Assembly (NCBI GenBank): GCA_002633005.1
Contig: NMRA01000061.1
Span: 773,781 to 837,780, forward strand
Origin: Phoronis australis
Taxonomy: Eukaryota; Animalia; Phoronida
Direction: 5' to 3'
Length of the DNA: 64,000 bases
Below, in pieces: positions 13,305 to 25,471 of this stretch (positions within the stretch are counted from its first letter, which is position 1; every line of letters begins with the position of its first letter). The translations under genes were made by a program, and so were the position numbers. The notes below the pieces were generated by a model. The model was not told the origin of the DNA and made no database searches. It saw only the letters and a list, made by a program, of their open reading frames with translations.

Positions 13305-15748
13305 GCGTGACAATAATGGACTCTGCGCGTGCTTATTAAAGGAATTGTTATGGGAAGTTACTGACAGCAACCCGTTTACCGATATGAAAAGGAATTTTTT
13401 AAAATTGTAGAAGAAATAACATTTGATGACCTTTGCACTAATTGACCCCACCCGGTGCATTATAACCGTCTTGAGGAGCAATATTGCAAAGCCCGTGAAA
13501 AGTGTGTTTAATGCTGAGATTCACAGTTGTCAAACGGTTGACAAATTAGAATACATGGTGAATGAAAAGGACACATTTTCAGAAGAAAAATTCAGCTAAT
13601 CACCCCATGGTTGCACTAAATGACTTTTGCATTTCGAATTGAATTAGACGTACCAATCAGACTTGTGAATTTCAAGTGTCTAGCTCAAAATTCAATAGTT
13701 TTCACTCAATGACCTTTGACCTATTTTCTCTGATTGGATGGCCATATTGCTTAGGTATTTTATTGGCATGTAGGTCAACACCAATGTGCTGGAATTGAAG
13801 AGAATTCTTTGAAAAATGTAGGAGAAATAACATTTTCAAAAGTAGACGAGCTTTGCACTAATTGACCCCATCTAGTTCATTACAAGCCTTTTAGTAGACC
13901 TATTGCCAAGTCCGTAAAACGTATATTCAATGCTGAGAATCACAGTTGTCTAACGGTTGACACTAAAGAATGTTTGGTGAATGGAAAAGACAAATTTTCT
14001 GAAGAAAAATGCACCTAATGACCCCATGGTTGCGCTAAATGTCCTGAAACTTTGTATTTCGAATTGAATTAGACGTACCAATCAGACTTGTGAGTTTGAA
14101 GTGTCTAGGTCAAAGTTTCCGTTTGCACCTGCTGACCTTTGACCTGTTTTATCTGATTGGATGATTCGATTACTTAGAAAAGTAATTTTTAAATTGCATT
14201 ATTGACTTTTACCTGTGCCCCGAATTTGAAAAAGATAGCTTTAAAACTATAGGATTATTAACATTTTGAAATATATATATGACATTTGCACCAAATGACC
14301 CCTTCCGGTGCAATATGGGACATGATTATATAACGAATCAAAATTTATGTACTGCCAAAAATCACATGCAGAATTTAAAGAGCATACCTGCACCCATTTT
14401 CGAGTTATTAAGACTCAAATTTGGTCGGAAGAAGAATCAGAAGAAAAATACGAATAAGAATAAGAACGGTGTGACAATAATGAATTCTGCGCGTGCGTAT
14501 TACTGGAATTTTTTGGGGAAGTTACTCAAAGCAACCCGTTTACCAATATGAAAAGGAATTTACTAAAATTGTAGGAGAAACTACATGTAAATATTTTGAT
14601 GACCTTTCCACTAATTGACCTCTTCCGGTGCATTATGAACCTGGATCAGGGAATAGTTGTAAACTCGATTTAAAGCTGGTTAATGCTAAGAATCGCAAGT
14701 GTTTTATTTTAAGCACTTCAGAATACAAGATGAATGAATAGGTCAAACTTTCAAACGAAAAATGCACCTAATGACCCCATGGGTGCACCAAATGACCTGA
14801 AAATTTAGAATTCAAACTCAATCGCATTTAATAAACAGATGTGTAATTTTGAAGTCTAGCCCAAAATTTTAATTTTGCTCTTAGTGACCTTTGACCTATT
14901 TTCTAATTAGTTAGGCCTATTGCGTAGTTAAAATGGGTTGTTCAATTGGCATGGTGACTTACACTAGTGTGCTGAAATTGAAAAGAATTCCTTGAAAAAC
15001 GTAAGAGATATATTAACATTTTGAACGTTATATGACCTTTGCACTAATTGACCCTATCCGGTGAATTATGAGCGTCTTTAGGAGAGTTATTGCAAAGCCC
15101 ATGAAAATGTGTTTAATGCTGAGAATCACAGTTGTCTAATGGTTGACACATCAGTATACTTGGAGAAGAAAAAGGTCAAATTTTCAGAAGAAAAATGCAC
15201 CTAATGACCCCATGTTTGCACTAAATGACCTGAAACTTTGGATTCCAACTTGATTTACCTGTGCCAATCGGACCTGTGAATTTGAAGTGTCTAGCTAAAA
15301 AATTTAGTTTGCACCTAATGACCTTTGACCTGTTTAACCTGATTGGACGACCCGATTAGTTAAAAAAGTATTTTTTTAAATTGCCTTATTGACTTATACC
15401 TGTGTACCGAATTTGAAAAGAATAGCTTTAAAAAAAGAAGGAGTAGCATTTTGCACCAAATGACCTCTTCCGGTGCATAATGGAATATAATTATATAACG
15501 AATCAAAATTGACGTACTTTCAAAAGTCATATGCTGAATTTAAAGACTGTACCTGCACCCAATTTGGAGTTATTAAGCCTCAAAGTTGGTCGGAAGAAGA
15601 AAAAGAAGAATAAGAATAAGAATAAAATTGAAGAAAACCCAGGAACAACAGTACTCTGCGCTTACACGCGCAGAGTAATAAGAATAAGAATAAAATTGAA
15701 GAAAACCCAGGAACAATAGTATTCTGCGCTTCTATGCGCAGAGTAATA
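13305..15748 (+). mobile_element. HINE/DINE-like (Helentron-associated) element, head-to-tail dimer with internal ~420-bp repeats
   Basis: Two ~1.16-kb units start GTGACAATAATG..TCTGCGCGTGC (~13306 and ~14471) and each ends in an AAGAAT/AAG microsatellite. Terminal hairpin TACTCTGCGC-TTACAC-GCGCAGAGTA at 15652-15677, repeated at 15720-15745. The 5' CTCTGCGCGTG is complementary to CACGCGCAGAG in the hairpin (sub-TIR). Confidence 0.65.
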
Positions 15749-17911
15749 ATGTATTTGTATTTCTAAATAAAATTACCCTAACATGTGACCATAGCATACT
15801 AAATCGAGTGATTGTTTCACAACAGTTTTCTGTCAGCAAACACTGAATTAGCATGCGCTTACATGGCCTTGGTGCCCGGTCAATTACCTTTGCTGCCGGC
15901 ATCAAAAGTCGGTAACGCAGTGGTTTATTCATTCCTGGCTTCTCAAAACATTTGCACTTAAAAGAACTCCAAGGCATTACGAATTGTATCTAATGAAACA
16001 GAATTGTTTCAGTTTCATATAAGCAATGGTTAGGATGAGAATAATTCATTTTGAAACAGAACGCAGAATAATAAACATCTACATGTACTAATAAAAGGGA
16101 ATTCGCTTTGCGCCAATCTTGACTTATTCAAGAGCTCAGGCGACGAAGACTTCACTGGTAGGAACGTAACGTTTCACAGGCTACCTGATTGGCATGTAAA
16201 CCTACACCCATACACCAAAATGAAATGAATTTCTTTAAAATGTAGGAGATTAAACAATTTTAATTTCAAATGACTTTTGACCACAGTGGCCACTTGTGAT
16301 GCATTATGGGACAAAAGGTGACATTTTATCAAACTCAAAAAAAGTACATCCACTGAATTTCTAGACTTCGTCCGGTCTGCCTCACGGTTAGCCAGACAGG
16401 AGCGTAACCGGAACGCAAGCATGAAAGAAATCAGTCACGGTCTTCTTACGTCTACTCTGCCGGAAGCGCTCAGGCTTACCTCCGGTTTGGTAAACGCCCT
16501 CCTGACGCTTTCCTCACGCTTTCCTCACGCTTCCCTCGTGCTTTCCTCACGCCTGCGGTAGCTGTAATAACATACCGTGATGCTGCACCGGGCTAATGAA
16601 AAAAAAATCGTATTGTACCCCTGTCACACAGGAGGTGCGGTGCCACTGCGGTGCTACTACGGCACATTACTGCGTTTTCCCGTTGTTCGAATCTATAGCC
16701 CAACAACAGGTTGAGAAGAACACCCCTGTAGCCAATATCTTACACGACTGATTACCTCAATTCTGGCATTCGTGGTTGGAGGATCAGCTCTCTTTTGTTC
16801 TATAATTGCTCTAATCTCCATTAAGATCGCATGTACCTTGACTGGGCTGTGCTGCTATAATAAAACTTAAGTTATAACATTTTGGAAAATAAACCACTAG
16901 CATTCCTGAAATCCTCGTCAAAGGGTGATCACGTTTAATTCTTGAATTGTATAATTGCCCAACTACAACCGAAATTACTACAATCTATTCTTTCTGAATG
17001 TCGCTCTGGGTTGACTGTGTTCAAACGTGGTCTGTAACAAGCCCGGTAGATAATTGGCTAGCCTGTTATCATACTAGACAAAAGACTGCCCATGGCAATT
17101 GATAAAGAAGCTAGATGTTACCACAGGCTCACAACCCTTTACGTGTGGTAAAGTCACTGAACGGAAAACCACCGTCATGATAAACCTCAGTGACACCGCC
17201 ATCATTGCCGTGGTTCTGCAGTGGTTTCGCCATTAATTTGTCTAACGTTATAATGATGTTGTCCAATTTATTACCTCAAACCATGTCCCATCAACGACTT
17301 AACCGTGGTTGGTAAAGACACAGTCGACTTTAGTGGCCTGGGGAAAAGACGAACCAAACTCGACCCTCTTCATGCGTTCAAACATGTTTGCGTGGCTTCG
17401 GACTCGATGGCAGTCACTCCAGCTGGATATGCCGTAAAAATAGCCCGTGCACCTTGACACACGTACTTGTACATGTATATTGTCGCTCCATGGATGCTTG
17501 CACCGCATTCGTGGAACAGAAATTTTCAAAAAGCTCGGGTGACGACATTTAACATCCCAATCCTCTACTGCTAGCGAATGTTAATTACCCAACCCCTAGT
17601 GCGGGTTCATTTGTAGCCACATTCCAATAGTATTTCACGATCACGTAGTCCAGGGGCAATTTTTCACTAAATAAATAATGACAGCAGTCACCTGCCTGAC
17701 TCGTCTAACGGTCGTGATCACTTTTTCCCCTTTATACCAACATTTAGGTAAATGCACTCTAAATTCACGTGCTATACTTTGGCTTATTGTGAAGACATTT
17801 TAATTATTCCGTCGTGCACAGTGCGTCAATTTTGTTTACATGTTTACTTCTAAAACAAATATATATAAGTAAGAAGTTAAGTCCTGGGGTTAGTTTAAGG
17901 AAATGACTTAA

Positions 17912-20900
17912 GAGGCAGTCCATATAAAAACCAGTAGATTTTCAAAAATCAGTCTATACGTCAAAATTTAAAAAAAAAATCATTTTTTGTACTTGGATAG
18001 GTATCCTAACAAAAACCCAAATGCCAAATTCTGTACACTCAATGACCCCTAAATTCGCCGCTGGAGCATGATAACACAAATTGGCACAATTGGTCATATT
18101 AGCCGTCTCAAAAATCGCATGATTTCAGCAACAAAAATGAGTAACATACAAAATAGATCAAAAGCTATATTTTGGTGGCTGAAATAACTAACGTATACTG
18201 TGCACAATTCTGTGCCATTTTTAAAATCTGAGTTTTGTGCTTGACAGGGGAGATAATCCACAGACCACTTTTTGGGGCAAATTTTATTGGCCATTTTTGT
18301 GACCTTCTTACTGCCATAAAACACCTTGTGGCCTTATGTGACACTTTGAACATACAGTTAAAGAGTTAGTCTTGATGACTGAGCAATATAAAATCTTGCT
18401 TCAACTTCAGTGAACATTGTCTTGCAATACTGTTTATTTTCATAGTTTGGAAATGACGAGCAGAGTTTACAGACCATTTGAACAATCTTTTAGGCAATAA
18501 GTCTGCTGTAAATAGTTACAGAAACCAAGTCTAAACTCTTTCAAATGAAAACAAGATGTTTTCCGGGTTTATTACGCGGCTAGTATCAAAACTGAACCCG
18601 ATGACCTTTGCCCACTGAGGGAGTCAGTTGAGGTAAAGCTTGAGGATATATAAAAATTTGTGTGTATCCCTCTTGTATTCTTTCATTTCTTTTACATGAT
18701 CAGGTTAATTTAAACACTCTGTAGAACTTTTAAAGGGAAATAAATGCCTTTAAGATTAAACGAGTTAGAATTGATATTTGTAATGACTAGTTTTGAGAGA
18801 AGCAAGTGCATTTGAAAAAGACAAAGTGGCGGGCGATGTCGATGGGCCTTCGTGTTCCTTTAGAGTTTATTCTGCAAAAAATCCGATCACAAAGGCTTTG
18901 TGCTTTAGTGAGTTATGTCAAAGACACCACTGAACATTTGAGATACAGGAAACTACCTCACAAAGCAGGCCTGTGCTAGAGTACGGAGTCGTACTACCCA
19001 GAGTCGGTGAATTTCTGTCTGAACAGGACCAGTCATGGAAAAGTCAGGTAATGCTGGATGTTACCACTCTGCTTCTCTCCTCCTGAACGTAGCAGCCTCG
19101 TCAAATTCTACCGGCATTTCTGTTTCAAGGTATGACTTTAGTGAAAGTCAGAATAGAAACAATCTCTGTGATCGCAAGGTCGCTCCACTCAAACACCATG
19201 CAAAGTACTTTGTAGCCGAAGGTAACAATATCATAAACTTTCTGGATTTGAAAGAAGCATTACCTCTCCAGTGGTCGTATGAAGGGATGTTATGTGTATG
19301 CATGTTAAGTCAATGAAACAAAGTCTTTTCCAAAATACTCAGTTCCTGTTATAAGCACATTCCCAAATTCCCACTATTCCACTCAAGGAATTCGCGTGTG
19401 GAAATCATTCCATGTAGGTGACGGTAAGTTCTTATAAATACTTAGAAAATGGGAAACCTAATTTTCTAAAATACACTAACATCTCTAGACACGGTGGATT
19501 TTCAGCACCAAGAGTTAAGGTTGGCATTGTATCTAGTGAAGAGCCTCAACAAAAGTTCCCTTGTACCCATGTTACTCGATGTTTTTTGCTACACACGCAG
19601 AACTAGGTCAGCATTTGGATGTGGGTAACCACACTGAACATTTACAGAGGGAAACCACGTATGACCACATCGAACGACAGTGGTCAGAAATGCTTTCAGA
19701 TGCAAGAACCGGAGCGTCATTTGAGGCAGCCTCAGAGTACTATTTGAATGAGAGGAATGATGAGGCAATAGGTTAGGCATTGAAAAAAAGGTAAAAGGTC
19801 AACAAGATTTTCATCAAAGGTTAAGAACTTTCTGACGAAGATATTTGATGAAGAAGGGGATAAGTCAGGTAAAAACGTTCACCCTCGGAAGTTCCAAAGT
19901 GGAGAAAACCTTACGAGAACCCACAAGGAAAATGTTTACCTGTGATGTTAAATGAATCGCAGATTGGTGGATTTTTTAGAGGTTGTCTGCAGAAATGTTT
20001 ATGACGATGCTATTTCTGCTGAAGATGCTATTATGCCGTCAGATTTACTAAATGAAGTGGTAAATGAGCTCAACGTTTAGCCTAGTTTTGTAGCATACCA
20101 GTCAAAGATGTGTGATAAATGAAGTCGTGACAGTTACTTCTGTTTACTTTATGTCTGTCATGAATGAGGCATTAATAAAATTGTCTCTCGTGAATTATTT
20201 TCTATTGACTGTGAATGTTTACCTTTTTATACTATTGATGATCACACTGGCAGAAATATTCAGCGTTAGTGTGCCCCGTGTGTGGGGGGCACCGGATTTC
20301 TGGCAACTAAAATTTGTAGCAACCAGCAGGGACATCACAATATGAACCCAAAGTTACACTGACTATTGGCAAGTTGAAGATTTTTTTTGCACTGAACGTG
20401 AGGGGTCATATTGGGTGATTTCCTTAACCTGTGGCACGAACAAGGCAGATAGAAACAAGGCAGGGGTGAGCTCAGCAACACTAGAGCCTCTCTAAAAGTT
20501 ATCCAAACCCACGTGTTCTCATTTAAAATGCAGAGCAATATCTCGCAAAGTCTTGAGTTATAGCAAGGTCCTCGTGTTACTGCTATTCTAGATGCGTCTT
20601 CAGTCTCCACGTAAACAAAAGCAGCGCCATCTATCATTTAGAAGCACGCACGCCAGTTGATTTACGTACATATTTTTGTAATAATCAATAATCATCAATG
20701 CCGTTTTCAGATAATGGTAATTAATAATGCTGTCTGCCTTTTCTCCAAAATACAAGGTTTTTATGTCGTGTTTCACAAGCTAATTACATGTTCCAAGAGC
20801 CCCCTATTGGCAGCAGCAGCAACTGGGAACATTCAAGGACGAAGTGCAGTTCGTGTAATGCTTCGTACGCAAAAACTACATCAGAGGCAAGATTTTTTAT

Positions 20901-21351
20901 TTTAGATTATGAACAGGTTAGGAATGACTGAACATATTATAATACAGTCAATTTTAGGAAAGGTGCGTTATGCTACAGAGGGCCAAATTTGGCCAAGAAT
21001 GGCTTCAGTGAAAACCAGAAAAATAGCCGTTTTTGCCTCACAAATTCCAAACGTACAAATTTAAAAATGGATTTTGAAAGTTATGCCATTGAATTATTCA
21101 GCCATTGCCCTTTAAATTGGTATTGTTCATTTGTTTTGAACTTACCACACATGCTAGTAAAATGCATTCAAACATGCCTACTTCGACGCCCAATTTTGTG
21201 GAGGTACAGGTCAAAAAAGAAAACTAATGAATGAAAATTCTTAAAAAGTGAGGTTTTTCTTCATCTCAGCAAACCAAACTCGTGATCAGTTTAAAAAAAT
21301 CGGAGATTTTGGGTATAGACTCTACCTGTTGGTTTTTATATGGAGTCACTC
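17912..21351 (+). mobile_element. Sola3 DNA transposon, internally decayed (3440 bp)
   Basis: TTAA on both sides (17908-17911 and 21352-21355). GAG...CTC termini with imperfect TIR GAGGCAGTCCATATAAAAACCA / GAGTGACTCCATATAAAAACCA. Contains a transposase relic. TTAA TSD plus GAG termini are established Sola3 traits. Confidence 0.78.
19035..20078 (+). pseudogene. Decayed Sola3-type DDD transposase, C-terminal half
   Basis: SGNAGCYHSA (cf. SDNAGCYH); RYDFSESQNRNNLCDRKVAPLKHH..FVAEGNNI; zinc-finger-like HAELGQHLDVGNH..TTYDHIERQW; G*ALKK..RFSSKVKNFLTKIFD. Multiple stops and frameshifts. Confidence 0.7.
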
Positions 21352-23377
21352 TTAATATTTGAGAAAGTAATTCGACATTTCCCTCCAGGTAAGGCTTTTC
21401 AAATAATAGTTGAACCTCAAATGAGGAAAATTCTATGAGAATATACACAGGTTTCTGTCTGTTAGTCATATTTATGACACGGACCCCACAGAATGCATTC
21501 GCCAACAACAATAATTTGTGGAACGGGAGTCTGGTGGGATGCCACACTACTGGTTGCATGTCGCTGATACGACTTCGCCCTCTCTTTCTTTACATTGAGA
21601 ACTAATGACTTCAAGATGTTGATGTGTCTGCTATTAAAGTCCATAAATGAAAACTTGATCGAGCTGGCCAATCGCAGGTTTAATTGTTAATTGATGGTAT
21701 ATGTTATGTTACTGCAGGTCACATGATTGGATAGTGAAATCTCATGAAATCATCACTGTCATTCCCTGAAGTTCATAGTGTTCTATTCTGGGTGGTAAAT
21801 CCCCTGGGTGAATTACGGTTGGAAATATCTCCTGTTGAAAATCTGACCGAGAGAAAAAATTGCACACAATTTGCGCCTTGGTTTATGCATTTCATGGCAA
21901 CTTAGCCATGTGATAAATATCAAGCAAGATGGAAAAGCAATTTCACCTACAATATCTTTACATTAATACGCGAAATGTTAAGAGTTCTGATAGTTTAGTA
22001 ATGTCTATGAAATATGTAATAATTTTGGTGCATTCTGTAGCGAGTGCTAAGAGTTCGATATATTCGTAGAAAAATCTTATAAGTAAGGTTTAATACATAG
22101 CTTATATTAAACCCAAAACTAATTATGATATGTTACTAATATGGGCGACAGAATATGCACTTTAATTACAGCATTATAAAGGAAATTGAAACGCTGGTGG
22201 GCGACATAAAGGCCGAGTATACAAAGGATTGATCCGTTTGAAACAATGGATGCACTGGCTAACACAGATTTGATTTGGAATTATAGCGGGAAAGGCCTAC
22301 AACTGAATATCCAAATCATAACAATTAATATATCTAAAGTGTCCTATGATGTGGTACCTTAATTATTGAACTATCTCTAAAACAAGTGCATATCAATTAT
22401 CATATCAATCAAAAGTAAAATGAAACTAAATAATGTATTCCTATTCCAAAAATCTCGTGAAAGCCGAAATATACAGACTTGAACACAGAAATGAGGCAAA
22501 ACGGCTGGCTATGCCTGGGACATTACAGGATGATGTAATTGCCTACACAAAAAGAACCATGTGTGCAAAATAGACGTGATTTGATTTTCACTTTTGAAGT
22601 TGTATTTTTCTGGCAGTTGATGTATACTGAAAGTTTTTGGTATCGATTCTTTTGCGGGGGCAAATACGCGGTTACCAGTTCAGTGTAAACGGCAATCTTG
22701 TATTTACACATAGAAAGTCCAAGCTCTGTCATATACTCGGAGTATAATGTCATTTGAAGGTATCCTTCGGAGGTTAAATAAACATGATTCTCAAGTCTTA
22801 GGCACCTGTATACTTTGGCACCGATGTCTCTTTGGTACACAGTTCGTGAAACGATTAAACTATAAACTAGTATGCACAAAATTGAGAAATAGTACAAAGT
22901 TTACCATTTATATCTAATGTAACGAGATTAAATGTCAAATAATGAATCCACTAATGCACAATGTTTCATGCAATTCATGACATATTCATAATACATTTCT
23001 GGTAATTACGTTGATTTTATAGCATTACTCACTTGCCACTTTTTGATGCCTTACCTTTCAGTTAAGTCATTGGCCCATTCGGCGTATCAAAACATATTTT
23101 AATCCCAAACTACATTGCGTAATGGCCATATATAATACGTTGCACTGAGATAGGTAACCAGTAACCAGTAACACATATATTGCAAACGCAGTAGGGAATT
23201 TCTTGGCAGTTTTTTCAAAGTTCTTGCAGTTGTTTACCAGGTGATTCAGGCACTGAGAAATGTTTCTTGAAATGCATTAGCGTATTTTGTTTTTGATGCG
23301 CTAAACGAGTGAGAATAGCAATTATGATTCTCCCGATTGTAGAGAAGGCAGGGAAACTTCCGCTTGGCTCAAGCCTG

Positions 23378-23578
23378 ACTCACGCCAGGCTCACGGTCCT
23401 CACGCGCTTTTTTCACGAATAACTCACGCTAATTTCTGGTGACACTCACAATTAGGCTCACGCCAGTTACCACGGTCGATCCGCGCCTCACTCTCAAGGT
23501 TGTCTCCAGTTACGGTGACACCTAGCCAGACCGGAGGTACATCGGAAGAAATCTAATAATTCAGTGGCGGTACTGTAG
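23378..23578 (+). repeat. Old diverged interspersed repeat, related to 11675-11862
   Basis: Shared terminal motifs ACTCACGCCAGGCTCACGGT and CAGTGGCGGTACTGTA. Confidence 0.5.
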
Positions 23579-23731
23579 CTCAAACCTACTTGGAATGTTT
23601 CGAAGTAGAAACTTGAGTCGATTAAGAGTAAATGGTTAGCAAAAATGAAAGTCATATGAACAATAAGATAAAAACCGATACCAACAATACTAGGCACAGT
23701 GATAATAATTCAAGTACTCTAACATACCTAC

Positions 23732-24013
23732 CTACATGGCTGGCATACATAACGTACATCGTCAGAGAACCACCACACTTTTCAGTCGGATTTCCGGGAC
23801 AGTTTATGTCACATTCTCTTAAATCCGCTGGTTTCAGATCGAAAAAATGATTGGAGCACAAGCATTCTCTACCACTCCGCACTGCAGCTAATTTTGCGTG
23901 GGAACAGCTCTCTTTACAGAAATTTTTGGTGTTCAAACCTCCTATGTAGACCAGATCCCAAAATTCACTTCCTTCTTCACCTTTCCAACACAAGTTAACT
24001 ATTCCTTGGAACT
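23732..24013 (-). CDS. Internal exon encoding one WSC carbohydrate-binding domain
   Basis: Acceptor taatttccAG (24015-24014), donor TAG|GTAGGT (23731); 282 bp, phase 1-1, open. FQGIVNLCWKG...NFCKESCSHAKLAAVRSGRECLCSN...ECDINCPGNPTEKCGG has the 8-Cys WSC pattern (CxxxC, GxECxC, CxxxCPG..ExCGG). Confidence 0.9.
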
Positions 24014-24559
24014 CTGGAAATTAAAGTCAACAGCTTATTAATTAAAATGAATTATTCTTACCAAAATGACCTAGGCAAGAAATTGCATTTCGGGCCTCAA
24101 AACTAAAGCCTCCCATATTAACATAGGAAGCTTCGCCTAATGGCAGCCGGAGAGCGCAGCTTATCTTAATTATTATAGGTTGACCCCGCCACAAGGCGAC
24201 AGAGGAGCGAGGCTTCTATATTACTATAGAGGGCCCCGCTTTTTGAACGCCTTTCAGCGAAGCGTACTATTATAATGTAGAGGGCCTCGCCGAAAAGCGG
24301 CAGGAGTGCGATACATCACATGAAAAATTCACATTATTTCCTTTTCCCGTTGTGGCACCCCAGCACTATTAAAAATGATGAATATGCTTCAGAGCACCCA
24401 TTTTGCAAACAACTTCCGGTTAAGCAGCACTCGATAACATCATTCTACAAAAAATATCACAGGAAGTATTTCGAAGCATTTGGGTACTGCAAATGGCATG
24501 CTTCTTGCGATGTCTATTTGTATCATAAAAATGGCCACCGGATTGGGCAAAATATGTGA

Positions 24560-25212
24560 AATCCATCCAAAAACAGAAACAGATCATCGTTGCTTTAATA
24601 GAAAGTATTTACCAATTTTCATAAAAATATGTCAAAAAACTTTAGATAAACAAAGAAAGAGCAGAAAAAAAAATGTAAAATGGCCCCTAGTGGGCAATGC
24701 GCCTGAAAATTGTCAATGTTTATTCTCAACTTGATAAGAATGTACTTACTGAATTTCATTAAGTTCCTGCAGTAAGTTTAGGATATAATTAGTGGCGTAA
24801 AAAGCTGCCTCTAGAAGGCACCACGGTAGTGAAAGTCGTCATCGTCAGCCGTACTCTCCATACTGATAACAGATACATACCAATTTTCACAAACATCCAA
24901 AGAAGAGTTTGGTTAATAGAGGAGCGGATGCCAAAAAACCGATAGGAAAAACCATAAATGGCCACTCGGTGGCGCAAAATCCCTCAAATTCTTCCGAAAA
25001 CAGGAATATAGCGTCATGTCACCAATAAACTTCCACTAGGAGGTGCCACAGTAGCCAGAGTAATCAGAAAATCATCGTCAGACTTTCTCTACATAGTAAG
25101 TCCATACATGCCAATTTTCACAACCATCTTTAAGAGCGGTTTGCTTGATGGAGGGGTGGACGCCAAAAACAGACTCGAAAACAGTAAAAATTATCATTCG
25201 GTGGCGCAAAAT
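24560..25212 (+). repeat. Fragment of the HINE-like tandem-repeat family also present at 49197-50214
   Basis: 25033-25210 aligns with ~49702-49880 (CCACTAGGAGG.GCCACAG...CAATTTTCACAA..ATC...GGGGTGGACGC..AAAACAGACTCGAAAACA). Left boundary is approximate. Confidence 0.65.
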
Positions 25213-25471
25213 ATCTTGAATGGGCTACCACTTCTGTGTGTCATTTACTTAATATTGCTGTGACTAAGAATGACTTCACTGTAGCCATAATGTAGAGGAT
25301 ACATGTAGATGTTTGCCAACAAGCCTCAACTCTGTGCCGTTCAGAGGCTATTGTCTGCTGCGTGTATTTGTCATTACGCGGCAACGGTGCATGTTTTAAC
25401 ATTTTTAAGATGGATCCACATTCATAGCTTAATTGTGTTTAACATATATTTTTAGCAAACTTGGGTACATA

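Noticed and set aside
16619-17470. Harbinger-type MITE starting CCCTGTCACAC
   Set aside because: No matching opposite TIR or TSD could be located by eye.
22523-22897. 124-aa minus-strand ORF as an extra exon of the FN3-WSC gene
   Set aside because: No recognisable domain and no convincing phase-1 acceptor/donor pair.
23652-23731. Hydrophobic ORF extension after the WSC domain as a transmembrane anchor
   Set aside because: It lies beyond a good donor site (TAG|GTAGGT) and reads like T-rich intron. It is not excluded as an intron-retention isoform, but is unsupported without transcripts.
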